Numbered from the stretch's first letter, positions 35,610 through 49,160 are shown. The stretch: DNA of 64,000 nucleotides from Mobula hypostoma (GCF_963921235.1 NC_086097.1:2542001-2606000), one strand, 5' to 3'. Numbers and translations: made by a program. The notes: generated by a model not told the origin, from the sequence alone.

Positions 35610-36129
35610 GTATGATCGGGTAGAGAAAGGAAACTCCGAACAGTGTTGGATTAGGCTGCACAATTATTTTCTTCCACAGCTTACGTATAGTTACCTGCTT
35701 GTATTTTATATTGTTCATTATGAGCTATGTCATGTGATGTGGGTGATCACGGTCTTTCCATGACCATGGTTGTTGCTGGCAAGTTTTCTGCAGAAGTGCT
35801 TTGCCATCGCCACCTTCTGGGCAGTGTCTTTACAAGACGGCTGACCACAGCCGTTATCAATACTCTTCAGAGATTGTCTGCCTGGTGTCAGTGGTCACAT
35901 GACCCGGACTTGTGATCTGCACCGGCTGCTCGTACTGCCATCCATCACCTCCTCCCATTGTTTCACATGACCCTGATTTTGGGGGATGGGTGGTGGCTAA
36001 GGAGGTGCTACAGCTTTCCCAAAGGTGTCCTGCAGGCCAGTGGAGGGAAGGAGTGCTTTATACCTCCTTTAGTAGAGATGCATCTCAACCCTGCCTCCCC
36101 GTGATTTATATCTAACTATATATGTCTTT

Positions 36130-36345
36130 TGTATACACGTATCTAGTATGTTTCCTAGTGGTCACAGTATGTATATACAATTGTTCAGTGTGCTCCTAGT
36201 GGTCATAGTGTTTAAATGCCATTGTTCAGTGTGTCCCTTAGTGGTTACAGTACTTTATATGACTCTGGAAGTTTCTGTATGTATTTTATCATTTGAATAA
36301 AGACTGTGATTGGTTAACTCTTATCTACAAATTTGAATGAAATGT
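36130..36345. repeat. Degenerate ~42-bp minisatellite (3 copies) plus unique flank, paralogous to 48860-49160
   Basis: ctagtggtcacagtatgtatatacaattgttcagtgtg units followed by ggttaactcttatctacaaatttgaatgaaatg. Confidence 0.8.
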
Positions 36346-37039
36346 TTATTTATGAGTAGAGGAAAGGTTGACCACATTGGCCCACCATCTGTTTTTCCCT
36401 TGTATTCCTACTCTGTTTCTAATTCTTTGTTCATTTGACGTTTAGTAAAACAATTGTGAAGCAGGACTGGGTTTGTTAACTAGACTGTGGTAGGTACCTT
36501 CAAATTGCTGCTGATGCATCAAGATCAGAAAATTCTACAAAAAATGGTGATATTAATTGTCCACAGATCTCCAGTTGCTTTGTGGGCGACCTCGGGAGAG
36601 ACGACGGCTACGGGCGTAAACTCAGACAGAAATCTGGAGTGGAGCCCCTGTCATTGAACATCCTTCCAGCTGCTCCTGCAGCTAAGCTTGTTCCAAACGT
36701 ATGGCTTCGCTTTCCATAGGTCTAAAGTGGTGAGGTCGAGAGAGGGATGGACAACTGGGCATCTCAAGATCTCCAGGCCTTCTGCTCAGGCTTGTGCCCT
36801 GGCGCGGCCACTCCAGTTGCATATTTCATTGTCCTTCGAGACATGGATGCCATCATTCATTTATTTATTACCAATTTTATTTGTGTTTCACTATTTGCAC
36901 AGTTTGTCTTTTGCACATTGGTTATTTGTCTATCTTTGTGAATAGCTTTTCATTGATTCTGTTGTATTTCTGTTTGACTGTGAATGCCGACAAGAAAAAG
37001 TAAACTCAGTAGTGTGTTCCATAAGACAGAGGCAGCATT

Positions 37040-38640
37040 AGTCCACTTGGTCCGTTGTTTGCTCTGCTGGTTGGCTGCATGGCTGATCCAATTTTTCTCT
37101 CGGCCCCAATCTCCTGCCTCCTCCCCATATCCCTTCATACCCTGATCAATCAAGAAGCTGTCAACTTCAGCCTTATGTATATTTCAGACTTGTTCTCCAC
37201 AGCTGTCTGTGGCAACAAATTCCACAGATTCGCCACTCTCTGGCTTAAAAAAAATCCCCTTGTGTGCCCTAAAAGCACACCCCTCTATTCTGAGGCTGTG
37301 TCCTCTGGTCTTAGACTCTCCCACCATAGCACGCAAACTCTCCACATCCACTCTATCAAGGACTTTCACCATTCAATAGTTTTCACTGAGGTTCCCCCTC
37401 ATTTTTCTGAATTCTAGTGAATACAGGGCCAGAGACATCACTATTCATATGACAACCTGTTCAATCCTGGAATCATTTTTATGAACCTCCTTTGAACCCT
37501 CTCCAGTGTCAGCACATACGTTTTAAGACGAGGGGCCGAACCTGCTCAGAATACTCCCAGTGCTTTATAAAGTCTCAACATTACATTCTTGCTTTTATGT
37601 TCTAGTCCTCTCGAAATTACCATTGCAATTGCCGCCTTCACCACAGACTCAACCTGCAAGTTAACCTTTAGGGAATCCGTGTTCAGTCCCTTTTGCACCT
37701 CAGTTTTTTGTATTTTCTCTCCATTTAAAAAATAGTCAACCTTTTAATTTCTTCAACCAAAGTGCATGACCATACACTCCCAACACTATATTCCATCTGC
37801 CATTTCTTTGCCCATTCTCCTAATCTGTCTAAGTCCTTCTGTAGCCTCTCTAACTTCCTCAGAACTACCTGCCCCTCCACAGATCTTCATGTTGTCTGCA
37901 AACATTGCAACAAAGCCATCAATTCTGTCATTCAAATCATTGACATATAATGTAAAAAGAACCGGTCATTACACAGACCCCTGTGGAACACCACTAGTCA
38001 CCGGCAGCCAGTCAGAAAAGCCTCCCTTTATTCCCACTCTTTGCCTCCTGCCAATCAACTACTGTTTTTATCCAAGCTGGAATCTTATCCAGCTGACGTG
38101 TCTACCATCAGACCTTTCAGTTTCCCAAAAACTTTCTCTCAAGTAATGGTAAATTCATGCACTTTGTGGTCCCTGACACCTGGACCTTCCACCATACTGC
38201 AGTTGTCTTCCGCCATGAAGGATGATGCAAAATACTTATTCAGTTTGTCCATTTCCTTGTCCCCCATTACCACCTCTCCTGATCATTTTCTGGCAGTCTG
38301 ATATCCACGCTGTCCTCTCTTTATGTATCTGAAGAAACTTTTGGTATCCTCTTTAATATTACTGGCTAGCTTACTTTCATATTCCATCTCTAGCTTCTTA
38401 ATCACAAACGAGAAAATCTGCAGATGCTCCTGGCCCAAGACATTGACTGTACTTGTTTTTTCATAGATGCTATCTGGCCTGCTGAGTTCCTCCAGGATTT
38501 TGTGTGCTTTACCTTAATGACTTTATTAGTTGCCTTTTGTTTGTTTCTAAAAGCTTCCCAGTCCTTTAATTTCCCACTGTTTTTTGCTCTATTATATGCC
38601 CTCTTTGGCTTTTGTGTTGGCTTTGACTTCTCTGCTTAGT
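37040..38640 (-). mobile_element. Degenerate CR1-type LINE containing a small pLTR remnant (about 38400-38510)
   Basis: RT remnants (GVPQG, KFA.N); ORF 37184-37372. Confidence 0.75.
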
Positions 38641-38896
38641 CATAGAAACATAGAAAACCTAGAGCACAATACAGGCCCTTTGGCCCATAAAGCTGTGCCG
38701 AACATGTCCTTACCTTAGAAATTACCTAGGGTTACCCATAGCCCGCTATTTTTCTAAGCTCCATGTACCTGTCCAGGAGTCTCTTAAAAGATCCTATCGT
38801 ATCCACCTCCACCAGGGTCGCCAGCAGCCCATTCCACACACTCACCACTCTCTGCATTTATATTTATTTATTTACACACACACATGCACACACGCA

Positions 38897-39255
38897 CAAG
38901 TTTGGGTACCCCTGGTCAAAATTTTTGTTACTGTGAATAGCTAAGCAAGTAAAAGATGAACTGATTTCCAAAAGGCATAAAGTTAAAGATGACACATTTC
39001 TTTAATATCTTAAGCAAGAAAACTTTTATTTCCATCCTTTACAGTTTCAAAATAACAAAAAGGGAAAAGGGCCCGAAGCAAAAGTTTGGGCACCCTGCAT
39101 GGCAGTACTTAGTAACACCCCCTTTGGCAAGTATCACAGCTTGTAAACGCTTTTTGTAGCCAGCTAAGAGTCTTTCAATTCTTGTTTAGGGGATTTTCGC
39201 CCATTTTTCCTTGCAAAAGGCTTCTAGTTCTGTGAGATTCTTGGGCCATCTTGCA
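38897..39255 (-). mobile_element. Tc1-like transposon terminal fragment (IR/DR end)
   Basis: Near-identical to 57799-58157. Confidence 0.85.
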
Positions 39256-39282
39256 ACTTTTGCTTTTGCCACTATATAACTA

Positions 39283-39817
39283 TATAAAACTCTGGTTAGG
39301 CCACACTTGGAGTACTGTGTCCAGTTCTGGTTGCCTCACTATAGGAAGGATGTGGAAGCATTGGAAAGAGTACAGAGGAGATTTACCAGGATGCTGCCTG
39401 GTTTAGAGAGTATGGATTATGATCAGAGATTAAGGGAGCTAGGGCTTTACTCTTTGGAGAGAAGGAGGATGAGAGGAGACGTGATAGAGGTATACAAGAT
39501 ATTAAGAGGAATAGATAGAGTGGATAGCCAGCGCCTCTTCCCCAGGGCACCACTGCTCAATACAAGAGGACATGGCTTTAAGGTAAGGGGTGGGAAGTTC
39601 AAGGGGGATATTAGAGGAAGGTTTTTTACTCAGAGAGTGGTTGGTGCGTGGAATGCACTGCCTGAGTCAGTGGTGGGGGCAGATACACTAGTGAAGTTTA
39701 AGAGACTACTAGACAGGTACATGGAGGAATTTATGGTGTGGGGTTATATGGGAGGCAGGATTTGAGGGTCAGCACAACATTGTGGACTGAAGGGCCTATA
39801 CTGTGTTGTACTATTCT
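39283..39817 (+). mobile_element. CR1-type LINE 3' fragment (young family)
   Basis: ORF 39307-39765, near-identical to 63310-63845. Confidence 0.9.
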
Positions 39818-40559
39818 GTGTGTGTGTGTGTGTGTGTGTGTATAAAATTATATACACACACATTGTATATATTATATATATATAATGTGTGTGTGTATAA
39901 AATATAGTCCAGCTGTAACCTCTGACAGCCCTCCACGATATCCACAACACCCCCAACCTTTATGTCATCAGCAAATTTACTAATCCATCCCTCCACTTCC
40001 TCATCCAGGTCATTTGTAAAAATCATAAAGAGAAGGGGTCCCAGAACAGATTCCTGAGGCACACCACTGGTCACCGACCTCCATGCAGAATATGACCCGT
40101 CTACAACCACTCTTTGCCTTCTGTGGGCAAGCCAGTTCTGGATCCACAAAGCAATGTCCCCTTGGATCCCATGCCTCCTTACTTTCTCAATAAACCTTGC
40201 TAAAATCCATACACACTACATCTACTACTCTACCTTCATCAATGTGTTTAGTCACATCCTCAAAAAATTCAATCAGGCTCATAAGGTACGACCTGCCTTT
40301 GACAAAGCCATGCTGACTATTTCTAATCATATCATGCTTCTCCAAATGTTCATAAATCCTGCCTCTCAGTTTCTTCTCCATCAACTTACCAACCACTGAA
40401 GTAAGACTCACTGGTCTATAATTTCCTGGGCTATCTCTACTCCCTTTATTAAATAAAGGAACAACATCTGCAATCCTCCAGGACCTCTCCCGTCCCCATT
40501 GATGATGCAAAGATGATTGCCAGAGGCTCAGCAATCTCCTCCCTCGCCTTCATAGTAGT

Positions 40560-43500
40560 GTTATGGTTGTGTCATCTTTCCTTTTGAATACTTCTTTGGG
40601 ATGTATATATCCTGTCTTCCAAATTGCTTCCAGAAATTAGACTTCGCTGCTCTGTCGTCATCCCTGCCAGTGTTCTTTTCCAATCAATTCTGGCCAACTC
40701 CTCCCTCAAGCCTCTGTAATTCCCTTTACTTCCCTGTAATTCCCACACATCGGACTTTAACTTCTCCTCAGATTTCAGGGTGAATTCTATCATTATGATC
40801 ACTGTCCCTTAAGGGTGTTTTACCTTAAGCTCTCTAATCAATTCTGGTTCATTGCACATCACCCAATCCAGAATAGCTGATCCTCTCGTGGGCTCAAGCA
40901 CAAGATGCTCTAAAAAGCCATCTTGCAGGCAATCTAGAAATTCCTCATCTTGGAATCTAGCACCAAACTGATTTTTCCAATTTACCTGCATATTGAAGTC
41001 CCCCATGACTATAGTAACATTGCCCTTTTGATATGCATTTTCTATCTCCTGTTGTAATTTATGGGCCACGTCCTTACTGGTGTTTGGGGGTCTGTATACA
41101 ACTTCCATCAGGGTCTTTTTACCCTTGCAGTTCCTTAGCTCTATCCACAATGATTCAACACCTTTCACCCTTAAGTCACCTCTTTCTAATGATTCGATTT
41201 CATTTGTTACCAGCAGAACAACACTGCCCCCTCTGCCTACTTTCCTATCCTTTTGATACAATGTGTTTCTTTGGATGTTAAGCTCCCAGCTATAATCTCT
41301 TTTTCAGCCATGATTCCATGATGCCTACATCACACCTGCCAATCTGCAACTGTGCCACAAGTTCATCTACCTTATTCCATATACAGTACTGCGCACCTTC
41401 AAATATAACGCTGTCAATCCTGTATTCACTCTTTTCAGTTTTTGTCTGTCTTTTACCTCACATAGAACCATAGAAACTGCAGCACAGAAACAGGCCTTTT
41501 GGCCCTTCTTGGCTGTGCCGAGCCATTTTCTGCCTAGTCCCACTGACCTGCACACGGACCATATCCCTCCATACACCTCCCATCCATGTATCTGTCCAAT
41601 TTATTCTTAAATGTTAAAAAAGAACCCGCATTTACCACCTCGTCTGGCAGCTCATTCCATACTCCCACTACTCTCTGTGTGAAGAAGCCCCCGCTTAATG
41701 TTCCCTTTAAACTTTTCCCCCCTCACCCATGTCCTCTGGTTTTTTTTCTCCCCTTGTCTCAGTGGAAAAAGCCTGCTTGCATTCACTCTATCTATACCCA
41801 TCATAATTTTATATACCTCTATCAAATCTCCCCTCATTCTTCTACGCTCCAGGGAATAAAGTCCTAACCTATTCAACCTCTCTCTGTAACTGAGTTTCTC
41901 AAGTCCCGGCAACATCCTTGTAAACCTTCTCTGCACTCTTTCAACCTTATTTATATCCTTCCTGTAATTTGGTGACCAAAACTGAACACAATACTCCAGA
42001 TTCGGCCTCACCAATGCCTTATACAACTTCATCATAACATTCCAGCTCTTATACTCAATACTTTGATTAATAAAGGCCAATGTACCAAAAGCTCTCTTTA
42101 CGACCCTATCTACCTGTGATGCCACTTTTAGGGAATTTTGTATCTGTATTCCCAGATCCCTCTGTTCCACTGCACTCCTCAGTGCCTTACCATTAACCCT
42201 GTATGCTCTACCTTGGTTTGTCCTTCCAACATGCAATACCTCACACTTGTCTGATTTAAACTCCATCTGCCATTTTTCAGCCCATTTTTCCAGCTGGTCC
42301 AAGTCCCTCTGCAGGCTCTGAAAACCTTCCTCACTGTCTACTACACCTCCAATCTTTGTATCATCAGCAAATTTGCTGATCCAATTTACCACATTATCAT
42401 CCAGATCATTGATATAGATGACAAATAACAATGGACCCAGCACTGATTCCTGTGGCACACCACTAATCACAGGCCTCCACTCGGAGAAGCAATTCTCTAC
42501 TACCACTCTTTGGCTTCTTCCATTGAGCCAGTGTCTAATCCAATTTACCACCTCTCCATGTATACCTAGCGACTGAATTTTCCTAACTAACCTCCCATGC
42601 GGGACCTTGTCAAAGGCCTTACTGAAGTCCATGTAGACAATATCCACTGCCTTCCCTTCATCCACTTTCCTGGTAACCTCCTCGAAAAACTCCAATAGAT
42701 TGGTCAAACATGACCTACCACGAACAAAGCCATGTTGACTCTCCCTAATAAGTCCCTGCCTATCCAAATGCTTGTAGATTCTGTCTGTTAGTACTCCCTC
42801 CAATAACTTACCTACTACCGACATTAAACTTACTGGCCTATAATTTCCCGGATTACTTTTATATCCTTTTTTAAACAACGGAACAACATGAGCCACTCTC
42901 CAATCCTCCGGCACCTCACCTGTAGACAGCGACATTTTGAATATTTCTGCCAGGGCCCCTGCAATTTCAACACTAGTCTCCTTCAAGGTCCGAGGGAACA
43001 CCCTGTCAGGTCCTGGGGATTTATCCACTTTAATTTTCCTCAAGACAGCAAGCACCTCCTCCTTTTCGATCTGTACAGTTTCCATGGTCTCACTACTTGT
43101 TTCCCTCAATTCCATAGATTTCATGCCAGTTTCCTTAGTAAATACAGACGCAAAAAACCTATTTAAGATCTCCCCCATTTCCTTTGGTTCCGCACATACC
43201 CCGACCACTCTGATCTTCAAGAGGACCAATTTTATCCCTTACAATCCTTTTGCTCTTAATATACTTGTAAAAGCTCTTTGGATTATCCTTCACTTTGACT
43301 GCCAAGGCAACCTCATGTCTTCTTTTAGCCCTCCTGATTTCTTTCTTAAGTATTTTCTTGCACTTCTTATACTCATCCTGTTGACAGCAGTTTTCCCCTA
43401 TCAACAGCTCCTCCTCACTACACATTGTCTGTCTTTGTAAACCAGCTACCTCATCTTCAATACTATTATCTGCCTTTCCTACAATACTTCTTGAATTGAA

Positions 43501-44370
43501 ATATGGGCAGCTCAGGACTCTAGCCGCACCATGCTCAATCTTTTGATTCCTAACTTTGGGTCTGACCAACACCCGTCTCCACAAGCTCTCCTCTAACTGT
43601 TCTGGTACTCGGGTTCCCCTCGCCCTACAACTGTAGCTTAAACCTCACTGGGCAGCACTAACAAACCTTCCCGCTAAGATATTATCCCCCTCCAGTCCAG
43701 GTGCAAACTGTCCCTTCTGTACAGATCCCACCTTTCCTGGAAGAGAGCCCAATGATTCAAAAATCTTATGCCCTTCCTCCTATACCAACTCCTTAACCAT
43801 GTATTAAACTGTATAATCTTCCTAGTTCTGGCCTCACTGGCATGTGGCACGGGTAGCAATTCTGAGACCGCAACCCTGGAGATCTTGCCCTTTAACCTGG
43901 CGCCTAACTCCCTATGCAGAACCTTGTCACTCGTCCATAGCTGTCTAGCTGTTCACCCTCCCACTTGAACGCTGAGGACTTGATCCGAGATATCCCAGAC
44001 CCTGACACTAGGAAGGCAACATACCATCCAGGAATTGCCTTCTCACCCACAGAACCTCCTGTCTGTTCCTTAACTGATGAATCCCTTGTCCACAGCATGC
44101 CTCTACTTCCCCCACCCCACTTCCCTTCTGAGTCACGGCAAGACTCAGTGCCAGGGACCTGGTCAATGTGACTATCCAGAGTGATACACCTGTTGTTGAG
44201 GGGGATGGCCACAGGGGTACAAGCCAGTGCAGGATGCTTAACCCCTTATCCCTTCCTGACCACCTCACTTTCTGTGTCCAGCACCTTGGGTGTAACTACC
44301 TCTCCACCTATCCTGTCTATCACCCCCTCAGCCTTCGAGTGATTCCGAGTTCATCCAGTTCCAGTTCCAG
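40560..44370 (-). mobile_element. Degenerate CR1 endonuclease (40560-41460) and ORF1 (43375-44370) segments flanking a young CR1
   Basis: VYRPP and MGDFN in ORF 40809-41261; ORF1 WLRSW motif in 43674-43859. Confidence 0.75.
41461..43375 (-). mobile_element. Young 5'-truncated CR1-type LINE with a largely intact 525-aa RT ORF
   Basis: ORF 41652-43229 contains the full RT motif set; catagaac tail at 41461. Confidence 0.93.
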
Positions 44371-44649
44371 CACCGTCTCCTTAAAGTGACTTTTAATAAC
44401 AAATTCACTTTGAACATGGAGCTGTTAATTTTCTCATTTTCTCCACTCTAGTTGATTGGTTGGACCTGTTTCTAATGGAATTAGAAAGCTGTTTATCCTT
44501 GATACAGTGGTTAATCTGTTTTGGATTTCTTTGTGTAGGATGTGGTATCACTAACACTTGTTATTTATCTCTGTGACCTTTAAAAAGTGCACACTGCCTT
44601 CTTGAAGCACTGCAGTCCTCGTGCTGAAGGCTATTTGGTCGCCCTGAAA

Positions 44650-45190
44650 GAGCCTACGCAGGATTATGGGGTGGCTAAGAAGGCATATGGCATGCTGACT
44701 CTTTCTAGTTGAAGTACTAAGTTCAAAAGTCGGGAAGTTGTGTTGCAGCTTTTTAAAACTAGCTAGGCCGCATCTGGAGGATTGCATACAGTGCTGGTCA
44801 CCCCATCATAGGGAGGATGTTGAGGCTTTGGAGAGGGTGCAGAAGAGGTTTACCAGGCTGCTGCCTGGTTTCGAGGGCATGTGCTATAACAAGTGACTGA
44901 ATAAACTTGTGTTTTCTCTGGAACAGCAGAGGCTGTGGGGAGATCTGATATAGGTGTACAAGATTGAGAGACATAGAGTAGACAGACAGTATCTTTTCGC
45001 AGGGTTGAAATGCCTAATACCAGAGGGCACGCATTGAAGGTGAGAGGGGGTCATTCAGAGGAGATGTGAAGGACAAGTTTTATTATAAATATACGCAGAG
45101 AGTAGTGGGTGCCTGGGGTGTGGTTGAGGTAGAGACATTGATTTGGCTGAACGTTGCGTGTTCCTGTGCGGTACTGTTGTATGTTCTAAT
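44650..45190 (+). mobile_element. Degenerate CR1-type 3' fragment
   Basis: HLE.C.Q.WSP..R.DV.ALERVQKRFTR coding remnant. Confidence 0.75.
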
Positions 45191-46443
45191 TTCCAACATT
45201 CAGCTTCAATAGTGATGATGGATCTCCAAGCTGGGTTTTAGTTGGAGATGAGCGTACGAGTGTTGGCATTGTCATGAACGTGTAGTTAGTGAAGATTTGA
45301 AAGTTGTTTTGGGGAGGGGGGAGCACTGGCTCGTTACTAAGAGCATTTCACATTCCTGTTGCTGTCTGAAAGGAATGTCACGCTCTTTCCGTGACCGCGC
45401 GGGTTTCCTCCGGGTGCTCTGATTTCCTCCCACCGGCCACAGGTGTACAGTTGCGGTTAGTGAGTTGTGAGCATGATTGTTGGCGAATACCAGATTGTGG
45501 CGATCCTTGTGGGCTGCTTAGTTCAATATTCACTGCTTGGCTTTCAGCTGCATCTCAAAGCTCATCTTTACCTTCACTGGGACCCATCTTGCAGCTGTGC
45601 TGTGTTAGCGACATATAGGGAACCTATGCAGTTACTTGCACTTGTTGGAGCTTCTCTTGGTGACGGGGAAAAACAGGCGCCAAATATGTAATCTATAGAT
45701 GGCAAAAGAACTTGCAGTTCTTGTACCACTTCTCTTCTCTGTAACACCCCTCTGCCGAGTCCCTCCAGCGTCCTGACTCTGGATTTCCACATTTGCAGGC
45801 TTTTTCATGTTGGTTGTCTTGAGCCCATCACCCCTCCTGGGGTCTAGGCTGCCAGAGTCCTCGGTCCTGGGCCAATGGAAGTTTGATTGTCCATGTGGCT
45901 TGCAATTTCACCACGTGACTTCATATATCTTCAAGGCGAGATCCCTCTGCTCCCGGGGACGAGGCCTCTGGAGCTTCTGTAGCTTTGTGGGTGGGGTTGC
46001 TAGGCCCATGGTGGGTTGGAGGCTAAACCCTGCTCCTTTCCGAGCCGGGTGTGCTAGTGAAACATTTCTGTGTGCTGGTAACTTCCTGTCAGGTGCTTGC
46101 TGTTTATCGGCCGGAGTGGGAGTCCTGACTGCACACACACTGCTTTGGGAGATGACGGCAGGTCTGTCTGAATGAAAAGCAGTGATGATGTCGTGAAGTG
46201 TATCCATGGAGACTTGTATCTTGGGTTTGCACTGTTGTAATGAAAACTGTTATCGAGTGACAGAACATTACATCGCAGAAACGGGCTGTGGCAGCTTGGC
46301 CTTCTGCCTGGTCTCGTCAACCTGCTCCCGGACCTAGCCCTCCACATCTTTCTCATCCATATATCTAACGAGGCCGAAATGTTCCAACTGAACTTGCAAC
46401 TGCCACTCTTGCCCCTCCCTGAGTGAAGTCGTTCCCCTCAAGG

Positions 46444-46925
46444 GCACTCAGTGACCACTTCAGGTACCTTCTGTGCCACTCAGCTGCTGTAACCCATTTT
46501 TGTCAAGGTTCAACAGGTTGCTCGTTCAGAGACTCTCTTCTGCACACCACTGTGGGTTCTTTGTTACTGTTGCTTTCCTGTCAGCTTGAAGCGGTCTGAC
46601 CTCTCTCCTCTGACCTCTCATTAACAAGGCATTTTAACCCATGGAGCTGCCCCTCACTGGCTGTTTTTTTCATTTTACACCATTCTCTGTGACTTTGCAT
46701 GACAATCCCAGGAGATCAGCAGTTTCTGAGATGCTCAAACAATCATTCCATGGTCAAGGTCACTTAGAAGACATTTCTTCCCCATTCTGATATTCTGTCT
46801 GAGCGACAACTGAACCTCTTGACCATGTCTGCATTTTTCTATGCATTGGGTTGCTGCCACGTGATGGGCTGATGAGATATTTGCATTAACGAAATGTACA
46901 GGTGTACCTATAAAGGAGGCTACAG
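46444..46925 (-). mobile_element. Internally deleted Tc1-like remnant (second family)
   Basis: Degenerate TIR-like ends cactcagtgaccact...aggtac and gtacctata-aaggaggc; MGKKCLLSDLDHGMIV resembles a Tc1 transposase N-terminus. Confidence 0.55.
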
Positions 46926-48256
46926 GCTGTATATTACCTACCACCCTAAACCTAGTCTTGCCGACCCTGGGGGGGGGGGTGGTCTAGGTGTTCAGTCTGC
47001 CTGTAACTCTCATAACTTGGTACCTCTAGGACCTGGGGCACAACCTCAGAATAGAGAGATGTCCCTTTAAAGCAGAGATGAAGAGGAACTTCTTTATGCA
47101 GGGGTTGATGAATCTATGGAGGCCAAGTCATTGGGTATATTTAAAGCAGAGGTTCTTGATTAGTCATGGCCTGAAGGATTATTAGGAGAAGGCAGGAGAT
47201 CGGGGCTGAGAGGGGAAATGAATCAGCCATGGTGGAATGGTACAGTGGGCACAGAATCAGGTTTATTATCACCAGCATGTGTTGTGAAATTTGTTACCTT
47301 AGCAGCGGCAGTTCAAAGCAATACATAATCTAGAAGAAAAAAACAAAATATAATAATAAGTAAATCAATTACAGTGCACATATATTGAATAGATTAAAAA
47401 TCATGGAAAAAAACCACATAATATTTAAAAAGTGCAGTAGTGTCCGAGCGTGGCTGAACCTAATTCTACTCCCACGTTTTAACATCTCAAAGGCTTCCCT
47501 CGCTCTCCTGTGCTCCAGGGAATGAAGTTTTAAATGTATTTAAAACTTCCCTGTTTGGAAAACATTTCCCTGTTTTGGAAGCGTGAATTAAGTTGAGGTG
47601 TTGAGTGTAGTACCCTCGGTCGTTCCATGCCGAACTGAACTTTGTGGTGAACTTCGGTTGCTGTATGCACAGCATTTCAGCAGACTCCGTAACCTTTCTA
47701 GCAATTTACAGCAATGATCTTTAGCCCAACAATAATAACTTGTGTATCGAGCATTTTCCATACAGACAAATCTGTTCAAAGTGCTTTACAATGGGATATA
47801 AAGTGCAAACATGAAAATAAAAGACAAAGATTAAAAGCAGTTAAAAGCAAGGTAAAATAAATAGGATTTGATCTGGTGTTTAAAAGTATCACTGAGTCTG
47901 CATCCCTTATAGCTTGAAGTCCACAGTTTAAGAGGTTACTTCAAAAAAGCTGGCTTGCCAATTTTATTTTGAAGGAGATTGATTAAATGTAAGAGACTGG
48001 TGGAAGAAGACCTGAGAGCTCGAGCAGGATTACAAAACAAAAATGATTCAGTGATGTACTCCAGTCCCAGAACATTGAGAGCTTTAAAAACAAAAGGGAT
48101 TCTCTGTACAAATAAATACACATAATGTAACGAGTGATCACATTGCAGCAAACCTTTTTTGAGAGATGTGGTCAGCTTTTAACCTCTTCTGTGGTGATTT
48201 CTGTCATTGAAGGTCACTGACTATGTACTCATTATATTTTTGCTTTGCTCTTCCAG

Positions 48257-48317
48257 AAATTTCCGCTGTGACTGTGGGAACAGCAAGTTTAGTGATCTGC
48301 AGTGTAAGTTTTTCTCG
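48257..48317 (+). CDS. UBR7: UBR7 exon 3
   Basis: Acceptor ctcttccag; (R)NFRCDCGNSKFSDLQCKFFS; donor GTAAGT; phase 2 matches exon 2. Confidence 0.95.
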
Positions 48318-48389
48318 GTAAGTTTGATTTAAGTTAGCCATGAGCTTGTCATTTTGAATGTTTTGGAATTGAAATTTAGTGGTAAAATA

Positions 48390-48690
48390 AAAAGGCATCT
48401 GTTGGTCTTGCGAGACCATAGATCAGCGCCTGGAAAGTCTTCACTCTCCAGGGCGCAGGCCTGGGCAAGGTTGTATGGAAGACCAGCAGTTGCCCATGCT
48501 GCGAGTCTCCCTTCTCCATGCCACCGATGTTGTCCAAGGGATGGGCATTAGGACCCATACAGCTTGGCACCGGTGTTGTCGCAGAGCAATGTGTGATTAA
48601 GTGCCTTGCTCAAAGACACAACACGCTGCCTCGGCTGGGGCTCGAACTCACAACCTTCAGATCGCTAGTCGAATGCCTTAACCACTGTTT
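48390..48690 (-). mobile_element. tRNA-derived SINE
   Basis: Minus strand agtggttaaggc...gagttcgagcc (box A/B) followed by gtgtctttgagcaaggcacttaa. Confidence 0.7.
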
Positions 48691-48859
48691 AGCGGTGGAG
48701 CTGTTATAAATGTGAAGTTGTCTGTGTCGGAGGCAGATTTTGATGTTATCCATTATTGATGTCTTTATTGAGGGTGTTGGATTAGACTTGTTGATTGTTA
48801 ATTAGACTTGTTTTGCAGCTTAATGATCAATATCCTGCTTAATTTTTTTGTATAACTAC

Positions 48860-49160
48860 TTGTATACATGCAATTGTTTAGTATGTTTCCTAGTGGTCAT
48901 GGTATGTATATGCAGTTGATCAGTGTGCCCCCTAGTGGTCATGGTATGTACAGGCAATTGTTCAGTGTGCCCCCTGGTGGTCACAGTATGTGTATACAAT
49001 TGACCAATGTGCCCCCAGTGGTCACAGTATGTGTATACAATCGTTCAGTGTGTCCCCTCGTGGGTAAAGTTCTTTGCATGATTCTGGAAGCTTCTCTGAT
49101 ATTGCATTATTTGAAAAAGGCTCTCTGGTTAACTCTTATCTGCAAATTTGAATGAAATGC
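48860..49160. repeat. 42-bp minisatellite (about 5 copies) containing CTCF-like motifs
   Basis: ctagtgg-type core begins at 48890, 48932, 48974, 49015 and 49057. Confidence 0.9.

Larger units (their letters stand above)
38641..40560 (-). mobile_element. CR1-type LINE interrupted by Tc1 fragment, second CR1 and microsatellites
   Basis: catagaaa tail at 38641; RT ORFs 39811-40149 and 40187-40534; same family as 7596-8985. Confidence 0.8.

Noticed and set aside
39817..39905. (TG)n/(TA)n/(CA)n quasi-palindrome
   Set aside because: Low-complexity microsatellite at a nested transposon junction
45807..46356. Overlapping ~100-120 aa ORFs in UBR7 intron 2
   Set aside because: No recognisable homology or motif; consistent with chance ORFs
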